Notes: a model not told the origin generated them from the letters alone. 64,000 nucleotides of DNA from Syntrophaceae bacterium (GCA_003153775.1 PMBI01000062.1:4110-68109), one strand, 5' to 3'. Shown: positions 53,501 through 63,233, counted from the first letter of the stretch. A program made the numbers and translations.

Positions 53501-53588
53501 CGATCGACCTCAATCCCAATACCAGGATCAGCAGGCTGACCACTGTGGCAAGCACCGGGCGGCGGATGAATATGTCGGTGAAATTCAT
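50502..53588 (-). CDS. RND efflux transporter, inner-membrane permease (AcrB/HAE1-like)
   Basis: 1028 aa. MNFTDIFIRRPVLATV.. is the typical N-terminus. 12 TM helices with two large periplasmic loops. Confidence 0.95.
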   Translation of the reverse strand: MNFTDIFIRRPVLATVVSLLILVLGLRSIDRLPVRQYPETQSAVVTVSTVYTGADPALVAGFITTALENSIAQANGIDYLTSASTQSMSTIQANLRLNYDPSKALTEINTKVNAVINQLPRESQQPVITLSIGETVDSMYIGFYSKVMPTNMITDYLIRVVQPKLQTIEGVQTAEIIGKQQFALRAWLDPAKMAAYSLTATDVSTALAANDFISALGRTQGQMVTVDLTAATGMHSVDEFRNLVMKSTNGAIVRLGDVANVSLGAENYDSTVHFDGESAVFIGIKVAPNANLLTVIDGIRKVFPSIEQQLPEGLEGRIVYDATKYVNSSIREVVITLIEALLIVTLVIFLSLGSVRSVIIPTVAIPLSLIGAFFIMLVLGYTINLMTLLALVLAIGLVVDDAIIVVENVNRHMEDGVPLLQASMQGARELGGPIIAMTVILIAVYVPIGFMGGLTGALFTEFAYTLAGAVFISAIIALTLSPMMCARFLKTSGPNERHRFGEFINRQFSRLRSGYERMLRGTLNYLPVAGVFAVIILASNYFLFVSSKSELAPQEDQGIIISMITAAPDATLQQTQLYAKQLYKTIASFPETDHVFQVEGFNGLNSGLAGMVLKPWDERSRTAMRVQPELQIRLGEIAGAQAVAFQPAALPGTGHGLPVQFVIGTTESYERLNEVSRALMEKAYASGMFMFVDTDLKIDKPQTIVEFDRDKASQLGLTMRDVGGALASMLSEGYVNYFSLAGRSYKVIPQVKQRDRLNADQLKNYYINTTSGTSIPISTIANLKTTVVPQSINHFQQLNSATISAVLSPGITLGQALATLKTLAKDILPQNYSIDYSGESRQYVQESSALLLTFFFALIIIFLALAALFESFRDPLIVLVSVPMSICGAMIFISLGVGQASLNIYTEVGLVTLIGLVSKHGILIVQFANDLQRAGKGKREAVEMAAAIRLRPILMTTAAMVLGVLPLVFASGAGAAGRFNMGLVIAAGISIGTLFTLFVVPAMYVFLAAEHAGKRATEDAAVTEPAKV

Positions 53589-53604
53589 ACAGGCGCCTTC
53601 CTGA

Positions 53605-54735
53605 TCAATGGTCCACCGGGCTGGGGGCGGCGTCGCTTAAAGGCTGAACCTGGTTGTTGATGATCACATGGCTACCGCTCTTGAGCTTGAGCTGGCCGCT
53701 CGTGACCACCAAATCACCCTCCTTGATTCCTTTGAGGATTGCCACCTGATCTCCTCTTGCTGGGCCGATGGTGACAAATGTCTGTCTGGCGGTCAGGACC
53801 GGTTGGCCGTCAGGACCCTTCCCTTTTTCCTCTACGATATAGACAGTCTCTCCATAGGGGTTGTAGGTCACTGCTGTCTGTGGCATCGTCAGGTGGCGCT
53901 CCACAGAGCCCGCCTGAACCTCCACTGATGCATACATTCCCGGCAACAGCTTATGCTTGGGATTGGCAAGCGTCGCCTCGGCCTGGAAATTCCGCGTAGC
54001 CGCATCCACCTGAGGGTTGATCGCAGTTATACGGCCGTCGAACCTGCGGCCGGGATATGTGTCGGAAGTAACGATAACCTTCTGCCCGAGCGATATCCGT
54101 GAAAGCTCCTGCTGCGGGAGTAAAAAGTCGCAGTAGATCGAATCGAGTGATTGCAGCGTGACGATCTTGTCCCCGGGATTTATGTACTGGCCGGGATTCA
54201 CGGTGCTGATGCCGAGCCGTCCGGCGAACGGTGCGCGAATCGTCTTCTTGTCAACGAGGGCCACCTGTTGTGCAACCTGGGCGCGTTTGCTCTTGAGATC
54301 GGCGATGTCCGCGTCGAGGGCGGCCCGGCTTATGGCCTGCACGTCAAATTGCTGCTGGTCGCGCGTGTAAACCGTTCCCGCCAAATCGGCCGCGGCCTCG
54401 AGGGAGCGCAATTGGGCTATGTCGGAGTCGGCGTTGAGCTGCACCAGCACTCTTCCGGCCTTCACGTCGTCTCCAGACTTGAAGTGCAGGGTTCGTACGA
54501 GTCCGGAAATCTCACTGGTTACGTCGACTCCCCGCACGGCACGGAGAGAGCCCACGGCTTTGAGCTGCGGCTGCCACTCGTGTAATTCCGCTTTTATAGC
54601 GGTTACTGTAACGGGCGGCATCGGCATGCCGGCCAGGTATTTCTTAAGCATATGCGCCTTAAAGGCATAATAGCCGAAAATGCCCCCGAAAAGCAGGCCG
54701 ACGACCGCCACCATGATTACCATTCGCCTTGCCAT
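53605..54735 (-). CDS. RND efflux periplasmic adaptor (membrane fusion protein)
   Basis: 376 aa with N-terminal TM anchor. Lipoyl/hairpin/beta-barrel pattern (..VRGVDVTSEISGLV..VLVQLN..). Lies 16 nt upstream of the RND gene. Confidence 0.92.
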   Translation of the reverse strand: MARRMVIMVAVVGLLFGGIFGYYAFKAHMLKKYLAGMPMPPVTVTAIKAELHEWQPQLKAVGSLRAVRGVDVTSEISGLVRTLHFKSGDDVKAGRVLVQLNADSDIAQLRSLEAAADLAGTVYTRDQQQFDVQAISRAALDADIADLKSKRAQVAQQVALVDKKTIRAPFAGRLGISTVNPGQYINPGDKIVTLQSLDSIYCDFLLPQQELSRISLGQKVIVTSDTYPGRRFDGRITAINPQVDAATRNFQAEATLANPKHKLLPGMYASVEVQAGSVERHLTMPQTAVTYNPYGETVYIVEEKGKGPDGQPVLTARQTFVTIGPARGDQVAILKGIKEGDLVVTSGQLKLKSGSHVIINNQVQPLSDAAPSPVDH

Positions 54736-54863
54736 CAGAAGCTCCTTCCCTTGTATACACGTGTCACTACTGTTATGAACTGCGCGGACCAGGAGCGCAT
54801 CCCGGGTCCATTTTCCCGCTGCTCATGGCGCCCGAAACCGGCCGCCGCTCTATTTAAGATATG

Positions 54864-54913
54864 ATGAAGCTCTCCGCAGCAAGCTCCGCGCATGCCCTTG
54901 CTTCTAAACTCAC
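54864..54913 (+). repeat. Dispersed intergenic hairpin repeat, degenerate copy inside the RND operon
   Basis: ATGAAGCTCTCCGCAGCAAGCTCCGCGCATGCCCTTGCTTCTAAACTCAC. The head is intact, while the hairpin 3' arm and tail are diverged. The tail overlaps the OMF stop codon (54910-54912). Confidence 0.6.
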
Positions 54914-56445
54914 TCCGGCTTTGTGGCAGCCGCCTCAGCCTGCGGGCCGCGGTTCCACCAGCCGCCGCCCAAGGCCTGATACAATGCGGCAGTATCCGCA
55001 AAACGGGCCGCCTGCGCCTGAACCAGAGCTAATCGCGCCTGCTCATACTGGCGTTCCGCGTTCAGCAGCGAGAGATAGCTTACTGCACCGAGTTGAAACT
55101 GTTTGTCCGTGAGATCGAGAGTGTCCCGGGCCGCCGCCGCCGCTTCGGCCTGCGCCTTTAGTGTGCTCGCATCCCCCGCGAGGGCGCGCAGTACGTCAGC
55201 CACACTCTGAAAGGCCTGCAGAACCGTATCGCGGTACTGTGCCGCCGCCTGATCGTAGACGGCGATCGCGGCACGCCGTTTTGCGGTCAATTCGCCGCCG
55301 TGGAATATGGGCTGCAGCAGACCGGCGCCGAAGCTCCAGATGGCCGCGCCGCTGTTGAAAAGATCACCGACCGTGCCGGCCTGCAGGCCGAAGCTGCCAG
55401 TCAGCGTGATCTGCGGGTACAGGTTTGCCGTCGAAACGCCGACCTGCGCGCTCGCCGCATGCAGCGTCTCTTCCGCGGCCCTTATGTCAGGCCGCTGACG
55501 GACCAGCAATGACGTCAGGCTTACCGGCAGTTCCTCGGGCAGTTGGAAATCGTTCAAATCGAATTCGGGCAGTGCAGCCTCGGAGGGCAGCCTTCCCGCG
55601 AGCACCGCAAGCTGGTGACGGGTCTGGGCAAGCTGCTTTTCCAGCGGCGGCAGTAAGGCCTGTGTCTGTGCGAGCTGCGCGCGCTGGGCGAGCACGTCCG
55701 AACGCGACGCCCCTCCAAGCCGAAGCTGCTCTTCCACTATATCGAGCTGCCTTTCCTGCGCCTCTATAATCTCCTTCATCGCCCCTATCTGGGCGCGCAG
55801 TGACGCGTCTTTCACCGCCGTAGTGACAATATTGGCTGTAAGCGTAAGATAAACGCCCTCCAGCTGAAACCGCTGGTAGTCGATCTGCGATTGAAGCGCT
55901 TCGAGCTTACGCCTGGTGCCGCCGAAAAGATCGGGTGAATACGAAACATTCACGGAGGCGTTGTAAAGGTTGAAGGCGCTGATGTCGCTCTCCGGCTGGC
56001 CAAACCCTGCGCCGGAGATCTTCTGACGCGAAGCGGAGATGTTGGCGTCCACAGCGGGGAATAGGGCTCCGTATTGGGCCCGCCTGTTTTCATCCGCCTC
56101 CCGCAGCCTTGCCTTGGCTGCCGCAACTGTCGGGCTCTCTGCCAACGCCTGACGGATCAATTGATCTAATTCCACCGAATGGAAGAGCGTCCACCATTCC
56201 TCGGAGATATCTTTCCCCGGCGCGAACCGCTGCGTCGCGCCCGCAGTTCCGGGCGCCGCATCTGTCTGGGACGGCAGCGCCTCCGCAGTATAGGCCTTTG
56301 CGGCCGGGGCTTTCGGCGTCTGGAAATCGGGACCCACGGCGCACCCGGAGAAGGCGCAGATGGTCATCGCGAAGACCGCCGCCATAGCAGTCCGAACGGC
56401 CGTCGCTCGTTTACACGCTACAGGTCTTTCTCCGGTCGCAAACAT
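54910..56445 (-). CDS. Efflux outer-membrane factor lipoprotein (NodT/OprM family)
   Basis: Lipobox ..ICAFSGC, two TolC-like repeats (..LIRQALAESPTVAAA.., ..QAFQSVADVL..) and C-terminal ALGGGW. Start chosen at ATG 56445. Confidence 0.9.
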   Translation of the reverse strand: MFATGERPVACKRATAVRTAMAAVFAMTICAFSGCAVGPDFQTPKAPAAKAYTAEALPSQTDAAPGTAGATQRFAPGKDISEEWWTLFHSVELDQLIRQALAESPTVAAAKARLREADENRRAQYGALFPAVDANISASRQKISGAGFGQPESDISAFNLYNASVNVSYSPDLFGGTRRKLEALQSQIDYQRFQLEGVYLTLTANIVTTAVKDASLRAQIGAMKEIIEAQERQLDIVEEQLRLGGASRSDVLAQRAQLAQTQALLPPLEKQLAQTRHQLAVLAGRLPSEAALPEFDLNDFQLPEELPVSLTSLLVRQRPDIRAAEETLHAASAQVGVSTANLYPQITLTGSFGLQAGTVGDLFNSGAAIWSFGAGLLQPIFHGGELTAKRRAAIAVYDQAAAQYRDTVLQAFQSVADVLRALAGDASTLKAQAEAAAAARDTLDLTDKQFQLGAVSYLSLLNAERQYEQARLALVQAQAARFADTAALYQALGGGWWNRGPQAEAAATKPE

Positions 56446-56474
56446 AACACGGGCCTCACAACGTATTTCAAGCA

Positions 56475-57155
56475 TCAGCGTTTTTCAATCGCCAATCCCC
56501 TGGCATTATAATAACGGCGTATCGATTCTTCCTTCAGGCCAATACCCCGCAGCAGGAACCACACGACATGCTTGATGAGCTTCTCCCGCGACACGCCGTA
56601 ATTCAACACAGGCGCCGACGGCACAAAATCCATCATGATGATGAAGGGCAAACGATCCGTAAACCAGGCGCGCAGATTATGAGGCACGGGGCTGTCCATA
56701 ACATCACCCGCTGCGATCGCCGCCTTGATATTTGCCCGGAGCATCGGGATCAGCTGGCTTTCAGCCTCCTCCATGACATGGCTGGCAAATTCCCCGTCCC
56801 CTGCGAGACTGCGGATGTAGAGCCGGATAAAATCATCACGTTCCGCCAACCTGACGGATATCAGTTCCGATACCAGCAAGTGGACTATCAGCACGAGCGT
56901 CTCGGTAGAAGGCTTGAGGGACATTATCTTCTTACTTTTCTCGGAAATGTTGTCCGAGAATAAAGCAAGCATGGCATGATAGAGCGCCTCCTTATTGGGG
57001 AATATTTTGAATAAGAGGCCCTCGGAAATGCCCGCCGCCTCCGCCAGTTCCCGTGTAGTCGCTCCGTGGAGACCTTTCTTCGCGAAGAGTTCGCGAACCC
57101 TTATCAGTATAAGTTTTCGCCTTTCTTCGCGCGATATCCTTCCCCCTGTCTTCAT
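56475..57155 (-). CDS. TetR/AcrR family transcriptional regulator
   Basis: 226 aa. HTH ..LFAKKGLHGATTRELAEAAGISEGLLFKIFPNKEALY... First gene of the efflux operon; its stop abuts the OMF ORF. Confidence 0.9.
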   Translation of the reverse strand: MKTGGRISREERRKLILIRVRELFAKKGLHGATTRELAEAAGISEGLLFKIFPNKEALYHAMLALFSDNISEKSKKIMSLKPSTETLVLIVHLLVSELISVRLAERDDFIRLYIRSLAGDGEFASHVMEEAESQLIPMLRANIKAAIAAGDVMDSPVPHNLRAWFTDRLPFIIMMDFVPSAPVLNYGVSREKLIKHVVWFLLRGIGLKEESIRRYYNARGLAIEKR

Positions 57156-57729
57156 GTTTAATTATATAGCAAGTGCTCACTTTCTTGTCAATGCCCAAAC
57201 GGCTTTGTTTGTCAGGAAGCTATATTACGTTTCTTGCTCTTCAAAAATGACGACACAAGTAAGATAATATTTAGATATGCAGAATAGTTCCATAAGGGAT
57301 TCACTCATTTATCACCCGAAAATGTCTTAGATGGATAAAGTTCGGGACAAACGGCAGACACCGCCGCTGAGAATATCGGCCGGGCGCAGAGACCCCGGCG
57401 CGGATGCATTCTGCGAGCGGTAATGCGTCACGGGAAAGTCGGCGCCAGCCGCAGCAGTAGATACCAATTTTCTTATTCCTTACTCCTTTCCTTTACCCGA
57501 GATCAGTCAGATGCACATCGAGAATCAAGAATATCGGTGCAGATAATAAGGGATTGCAGGATGGAAATTTGTACAAAGAGGAATTAAAGTGGGAGTCATG
57601 ACGAGTCGGAAAAGTGCCAACGTCAAAATCAGGCTTGTGGCCCCGGCGTTCCAAAGATCGGCAGCACGCTTATCGACGCGCTCTACGAAGATTGTGCTTG
57701 AGGAAGGGAATATTTTTTGAGAGGAGTAA

Positions 57730-57987
57730 ATGGCCATGACATATTCATTTGCCTGTCCGGTACCCTGTGATCAGGAAATAAAGGTCCACGCAAAGAACAA
57801 TGACGATGCTGTAAATGCCATCATCGGGGCAGGCGCTATCCGCTGCCGCAATATCGAGAAAAATTGCCATTGCGAAAAGGCCCGTATCCAGCTGCCGCCT
57901 GTCACTGCGGAGCAGTTGAGAAGGATTGTGCGATTGTGCATGAAAGAGGAATGCGGCGCGTCAACCCCTGATGCGCCGGCTGGATAA
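57730..57987 (+). CDS. Small Cys-rich hypothetical protein
   Basis: 85 aa with a strong Shine-Dalgarno sequence (GAGGAG) 5 nt upstream. 8 Cys. No family recognised with confidence. Confidence 0.6.
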   Translation: MAMTYSFACPVPCDQEIKVHAKNNDDAVNAIIGAGAIRCRNIEKNCHCEKARIQLPPVTAEQLRRIVRLCMKEECGASTPDAPAG

Positions 57988-58084
57988 GCGGCGAGGGCAT
58001 TTAAGCATCCTCAGGGCCTCCTTTCCCGGAGTAAATGTGCCGATTTAAGAGAACCCTCCTCTTGTGGCAATACCAAAATTGCCG

Positions 58085-60784
58085 TTACTTGGGAAAGGGC
58101 CCTTGAGTAACCTGAACCATGTCACCGACTCGAAGCCACTTCGAAAAGGCAGCCTGTACATCCTGAGGGGTTATCTTCAGGAATCTTCGTGCAGCCATGA
58201 CAGGCTCGTCGAGCGGCAGGTCATGAGTCGCCCTGTGGATAAGTCCCAGCGCTACGCCGTCGGCGGAGGCCTCGGCAAGCTGTATCTCCCGGAGGGCGAG
58301 AGCCTGGGCCTTGCGGAGTTCATCCGGTGTGACGGGTTCCGCCTGCATCTTTGTCAGGTCATATTCAATGATGGCTCGCGCTTTAGATACATTGTCAGGA
58401 TCGCAGGAATACCTGACTTCATAAAGGGACCGCGTTTCACCCACATCGAACGATGAAGAAACGTGATAGACGAGCCCCGTCTTTTCTCTGAGATCCCGGT
58501 ATAACCAGGTTGAGTAGAAAGCGCCGCCGAGCACATGGTTCCCCAATTCCAGTGCATAGTAATCCGGATGAGATCTGGTCAAGCCGAGTGTTTCGGCGAG
58601 GATCACGTTCGTCTGAGACCGGCTGAGGTCCGGTACGGCCGTAGCGGATGGCTTATTCGGCGGAACCGGAGGCAGGAGCGTCTCTGGCTTTGGCCCTTCG
58701 GCCTGCCATGATCCGAAGTATTTCCCGATCACCTTCCTGACTGCGTCCGGCGCCACCTTGCCGATAAAGACGATTGTCGTCAGGTCCGGGCGGAACACTT
58801 TCTGATAATATGATTTCACGTCGCCGAGGGTCAGAGAGGAAATGGTCGACGGTGTGGCCTCGCGCAGCGCTGCGTCGTTTTTGGGAAAGAGGGAAGTCCG
58901 GAGTGTCCGTTTTGTCAGGTAGTCGGGACTTTCAAGTTCGCCCGCCACTTGATCCGCCGCCTGTTTCCGCAACGTTTTGAAGGCTTCCCCGGGCAACGCC
59001 GGGTGAAGTAGATTGTCCGCAAGAAGCTCGACGCCGCGGTCAAAGTGTTTGGCGAGCGCCTGCAGAGAGAAATCCGTGTCCACGGATATTTCCGCCCCTA
59101 TGTCGTCCTGAGCTTTTTGGAAAGCGAGCCTGTCCAGAGAAACAGTACCGAAGGAAAGAAGCGGTCCCAGCACGCGATCCAACCCTTCCTTCCCTTTCGG
59201 TGCCTGAAGATAACGATTGTTTTTCACATGGCCGTATATACTTGCAGTATCGCTGACGGATGCATACTGAATGATGATTTTCAGCCCGTTGGGAAGAACT
59301 GTGACCTCGGGATTCACCGTCGAAATCGGCACGGAGAGCCGATTCAATGCCTTCTCCGCCCAACCGGGAAGCTCAACGCTTTTCGTCTCTTTCGGCGCGA
59401 AGGACTCCATTCCCCGGCGCGGCCTTGCGGAGACGGGCTTGCCGGCCGCTTCCGGGACGAGAATCGCTTCTACGGATTGATGAAGCTGCAGGTATTCCGC
59501 AGCCACCCTGTTGACGTCGGCTACAGAAACCTTCTGAATGGCACTTAAGCTGTCGTCGGGTGATTGCCTTCCTTCCAAAGCCAGCGCCTGAGACCACGCC
59601 ATGGCAAGGCCGGGGACCGAATTTTTCTGAAGTTCGGCCTTCGTCAGCCTGTTGCGTTTGGCTGCCTCAACAAGGTCGGCGGAAAACCCTTTTTTCACAT
59701 CGTCCGCAAGAATCCTCCTGATCTCTTTAATCAGGGGCTCAGGATCTGTTCCCTTGGGGAAGGAAGCAGCCGCATAGGCCAGGCCTGCGGCGGGAAGGAT
59801 GAGCAGGCTGAAGTCTACGTCGAGCGCTTTTCCGGCAACCACCAATTCGAACAGGCTTCCTCTCTGGCTGCTCAATACGTCGGCAAGCACTTCGCTTGCC
59901 GCGTAATCGCCGCTTCCATAACCGGGCATGCGGAAAGAAATAGCCGCAAGCCCGTGCGACTGGTCTGTCCTCATCGTAAAGGATTCCGGCTTCAGTGGTC
60001 GAAGCCGCACTTCCGCACGTTGCGGAATATTCTTCCGCGGTATGGGAGAGAAATATTTCTCGACTGCCTTAATTGCAACCCCGGGCTCTACATTGCCTAC
60101 AATGACGAGAATTGCATTGTTGGGTGCATACCAGGTGTCATGAAATGTTTTGAGCATGGCTCCTGTCGTCTTCTCAAAGGATGGAACCGTTCCGAGAGGT
60201 GTATGCGCATACGGCGTATCTTTGAACATAATCTCGAGCAGCTTTGCGTAAAAGATGTAGTCGGGATCGGAGATGTCCTGGGCTATCTCCTGTTCAATAG
60301 CCCCCCTTTCCTCCATCCATAATTCCTCAGAGTCGAGCACACCTTGCATACGGATTGATTCTATGTGCAGGGCCACATCCAGGTCTTCCCGTGCGCAGGT
60401 AAAGAAGTATTGCGTCACCGTCTGCTGCGTGTCCGCATTGAAATCCCCGCCCATCAGGGCGATGATGTCTGCAAGCTGGTCCGCTGAAAGGCCCGGGCTG
60501 CCCCTGAACATCATGTGCTCCTGGGCGTGGGCCATACCGGGAAACCCCGTCGGCGCCTCGTTTGAACCGACAAGGTAATTCACCATTGTTGTAACGACCG
60601 GAGCCTGGGTGTTTCGGACAATGACGACCCGTAACCCATTTTCCAGTGTGGCTCTCAGTATATTTTCGTTGCCGGTTCTTTCTTCAGCAGATACCCAGGC
60701 GGCAGGCCACAGAGAAATCAGGACCGCCGCAAGGATCAGAATGACGAAGCTTATTTCTGGGATTCGTGTATGGGCCCTTCTCAC
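58085..60784 (-). CDS. Secreted tandem M16 (pitrilysin-like) zinc peptidase
   Basis: 899 aa with N-terminal signal/anchor. HxxEH motif in GMAHAQEHMMFRG. Two M16 active/inactive domain pairs by length. Confidence 0.9.
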   Translation of the reverse strand: MRRAHTRIPEISFVILILAAVLISLWPAAWVSAEERTGNENILRATLENGLRVVIVRNTQAPVVTTMVNYLVGSNEAPTGFPGMAHAQEHMMFRGSPGLSADQLADIIALMGGDFNADTQQTVTQYFFTCAREDLDVALHIESIRMQGVLDSEELWMEERGAIEQEIAQDISDPDYIFYAKLLEIMFKDTPYAHTPLGTVPSFEKTTGAMLKTFHDTWYAPNNAILVIVGNVEPGVAIKAVEKYFSPIPRKNIPQRAEVRLRPLKPESFTMRTDQSHGLAAISFRMPGYGSGDYAASEVLADVLSSQRGSLFELVVAGKALDVDFSLLILPAAGLAYAAASFPKGTDPEPLIKEIRRILADDVKKGFSADLVEAAKRNRLTKAELQKNSVPGLAMAWSQALALEGRQSPDDSLSAIQKVSVADVNRVAAEYLQLHQSVEAILVPEAAGKPVSARPRRGMESFAPKETKSVELPGWAEKALNRLSVPISTVNPEVTVLPNGLKIIIQYASVSDTASIYGHVKNNRYLQAPKGKEGLDRVLGPLLSFGTVSLDRLAFQKAQDDIGAEISVDTDFSLQALAKHFDRGVELLADNLLHPALPGEAFKTLRKQAADQVAGELESPDYLTKRTLRTSLFPKNDAALREATPSTISSLTLGDVKSYYQKVFRPDLTTIVFIGKVAPDAVRKVIGKYFGSWQAEGPKPETLLPPVPPNKPSATAVPDLSRSQTNVILAETLGLTRSHPDYYALELGNHVLGGAFYSTWLYRDLREKTGLVYHVSSSFDVGETRSLYEVRYSCDPDNVSKARAIIEYDLTKMQAEPVTPDELRKAQALALREIQLAEASADGVALGLIHRATHDLPLDEPVMAARRFLKITPQDVQAAFSKWLRVGDMVQVTQGPFPK

Positions 60785-61173
60785 AATCGCCTCCGTTAGG
60801 TCGTATTAACTGCATTATTTTATGCGGTGCTTACAAACTAGTCAATACTTCTTCGGAGCCGCAGTAAACCGGGCGGAGAAGCCGTATTTCATTTCCCCAA
60901 TCGGAAAAATCGTTCTGCACCGCTTCCGGCGCAGCAGAACAAAGCGGGAACATTCATCTCTCCACAAAAATCCCTGCAAGCCTCTCATTGATTATCCAAT
61001 GTCGGACTAAGGCATAAAGCGGTTTAAAATCAGTTATTGACGCATTGCCTTTATTCGCGTGTAAGCTATACTTAAGTGAAAGAGTGGACTGGGCGCAGCG
61101 CCGTGACGGCGGCGTGAAGATCAATGAGTCCGGTCTGCCATTTCGCACTACGGGAAGAAGGGGTGGATTAACG

Positions 61174-61608
61174 ATGGAAGAAAAATCTGATATCCTGCTT
61201 GTGGAGGACAATAAATACAACGTGGAGTTTATACTCGAAGCCCTAAGTCAGCACAACCTAGCCCACAGGGTCAAGGTTTTTCGCGACGGCGGGGAAGCCT
61301 TGGACTATCTGTTTGCGCCCCGTGAGCATTCGGAGCGCCATTCTTTTAAGCAGCCCAGCGTGATTCTCTTGGACCTGAGGTTGCCGAAGGTGGATGGGCT
61401 TGAAGTTCTTCGAATGCTCAGATCGAATGAGACGACGAAGATGATCCCTGTAGTGGTTTTCTCATCATCGACCAACGACCGGGACAGGATAGACAGCTAC
61501 CGGCTGGGAGCAAACAGCTTTATCGTAAAGCCCATAGCGTATGACAAATTTGTTGAGACTGTCACCGAAATAGGTTCCTATTGGGCGTTGCAGAATGCGC
61601 CTCCGTAA
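61174..61608 (+). CDS. Single-domain response regulator (receiver only)
   Basis: 144 aa from ATG 61174. ILLVEDNKYN, phospho-acceptor region ILLDLRLPKVDG, ..VVVFSSS.. and ..GANSFIVKP... Confidence 0.88.
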   Translation: MEEKSDILLVEDNKYNVEFILEALSQHNLAHRVKVFRDGGEALDYLFAPREHSERHSFKQPSVILLDLRLPKVDGLEVLRMLRSNETTKMIPVVVFSSSTNDRDRIDSYRLGANSFIVKPIAYDKFVETVTEIGSYWALQNAPP

Positions 61609-61717
61609 TGGGAACGCATCGCGAACAGCCGCTACGGCGATTAACGATGCGGCGGCAAGGCAAGGTCTTCTCAAACGACATGTTGCTCATACCAGAAAGA
61701 TCCCCGGTTTAATCTCG

Positions 61718-61746
61718 TTGACATGCAGGCGCTTTCCTCTTATAAA
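61718..61746 (+). promoter_or_regulatory. Predicted sigma70-type promoter of the MFS gene
   Basis: TTGACA (61718-61723), 17-nt spacer, TATAAA (61741-61746). Lies 35 nt upstream of ATG 61782. Confidence 0.45.
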
Positions 61747-61781
61747 CCTCGCATTCTGATTCTTATTGCCGGGCACTTGCG

Positions 61782-62969
61782 ATGAGCAAATTCAACCTGA
61801 AAATTCTCATGGTCCTTTCATTAGGGCATCTGGTAACGGATATATACCAGAGTGCGCTTCCCGCCATACTGCCCTTTCTGAAAGAGAACCTTTCCCTCTC
61901 CTACACCATGGCAGGCGTCATCCTCATGGCCGCCAATTTCACATCCTCTCTGGTCCAGCCTCTTTTCGGATATCTATCAGACAAACAGGAAAAGGCATTT
62001 CTTCTGCCTTTCGGGTGCCTGTGCGCCGGCGCCGGATTTTCTTTGTTATCCTTCCCTTCAAGCTACGCGCTCGTCCTCGCGCTTGTCATAGTGAGCGGCT
62101 TCGGCATCGCTTCATACCATCCGGAAGGATACAAGACCGCCCATTTTTTTACAGGCGAGAAGCGGGTAACCGGGATGGCCATATTCTCAGTCGGCGGAAA
62201 TCTGGGATTTGCCTTAGGCCCGATAATCGCAATCTACATAATCAAGTACATGGGATTTTCTTCACTGCCCGTTATAATCATTCCATCGGTCGCTTTTGTG
62301 GCGATTATAATCTTCTATTGGCGCGCAATATCGATTACCGAAATCAAACGGGAGAGGGCGGCGCGAGGAGAGGTTGCACGTGGGCGGCAAAAGGGCGCTT
62401 ACATATCTTTATCAATAGTGATTGCAGTCGTCATTATGAGGTCATGGACGCAGATGGGCCTTATGAGTTACATCCCCTTTTACTACATAAACCATCTAAA
62501 AGGAGATCCGCTTTATGCAGGCAAGCTCGTGTTTGTTCTGCTTCTCGGTGGAGTCATAGGCACCCTCGGTGGAGCGCCTCTCGCTGACAGGTGGGGACAT
62601 AAACGCTATCTGATGCTGTCCATGTTTGCGAGCTCCCTTATTCTGCCCCTGATATTCGTCGTTGACGGCTACATGCTGTTTCTTGTACTCGGATTTCTCG
62701 GCATGACCTTGATTTCAACCTTTACTGTTACCGTTGTCATGGCACAACAGCTGCTGCCGAAAAATCTCGGCGTTGCCTCCGGCCTCATGGTAGGCTTTGC
62801 TATCGGGGCAGGCGGCATCTGTGTCACGCTCCTCGGCGTCATTGCCGATCATTTCGGCGTGCCTGTCGCTCTGAAATCGATTATGATCCTTCCCGCGGCC
62901 GGATTTCTACTCAGCACCCTCCTGCGCTACCCGGAATATAACAAGATAGGGACAACAGCAGAGCCTTGA
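61782..62969 (+). CDS. MFS transporter
   Basis: 395 aa with 12 TM helices. N-terminus ..LSLGHLVTDIYQSALPAILPFL.. is typical of a Fsr/YfnC-like MFS subgroup. Substrate unknown. Confidence 0.9.
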   Translation: MSKFNLKILMVLSLGHLVTDIYQSALPAILPFLKENLSLSYTMAGVILMAANFTSSLVQPLFGYLSDKQEKAFLLPFGCLCAGAGFSLLSFPSSYALVLALVIVSGFGIASYHPEGYKTAHFFTGEKRVTGMAIFSVGGNLGFALGPIIAIYIIKYMGFSSLPVIIIPSVAFVAIIIFYWRAISITEIKRERAARGEVARGRQKGAYISLSIVIAVVIMRSWTQMGLMSYIPFYYINHLKGDPLYAGKLVFVLLLGGVIGTLGGAPLADRWGHKRYLMLSMFASSLILPLIFVVDGYMLFLVLGFLGMTLISTFTVTVVMAQQLLPKNLGVASGLMVGFAIGAGGICVTLLGVIADHFGVPVALKSIMILPAAGFLLSTLLRYPEYNKIGTTAEP

Positions 62970-63233
62970 TACGATGGGCTTTGGCCCTTCCCAAGATTAT
63001 GCGGCACAGACGAACGTAAGACGCATTGCCCAAAAGTGCTGAGCGTGTTCCGACGAATTTCCGGCACAGCGCCTGCCTCTTCTATTCTGTAGTTGTGTAC
63101 TCCCATTTTACAGCTATTTTATGCCTATTGCTTCCGGTCATATGAGGAGTTATTTTCTTGCACAATAATTTTAGCGCCCGATTGCCGAACGTTCGCTCCC
63201 TATGGCGAAGGGCCATTGGGTGCGGGGGAATAT

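Noticed and set aside
57380-57460. Possible TPP (THI-box) riboswitch, because of GCTGAGA and GGTAATGCGTCACGGGAA resembling CUGAGA and GGAUAAUGCCAGCGUAGGGAA.
   Set aside because: The spacing is wrong: about 25 nt lie between CUGAGA and any ACCC-like P2 partner, against 1-3 nt expected. The P4/P5 pairing cannot be drawn, and the downstream gene is not thiamine-related. This is most likely chance resemblance.
63170-63233. Possible diverged copy of the main repeat upstream of the DJ-1/PfpI gene (..CCGAACGTTCGCTCCCT..GTGCGGGGGAATAT-ATG).
   Set aside because: Only scattered short matches to the long-form 3' module, with no convincing hairpin. The evidence is too weak without an alignment model.
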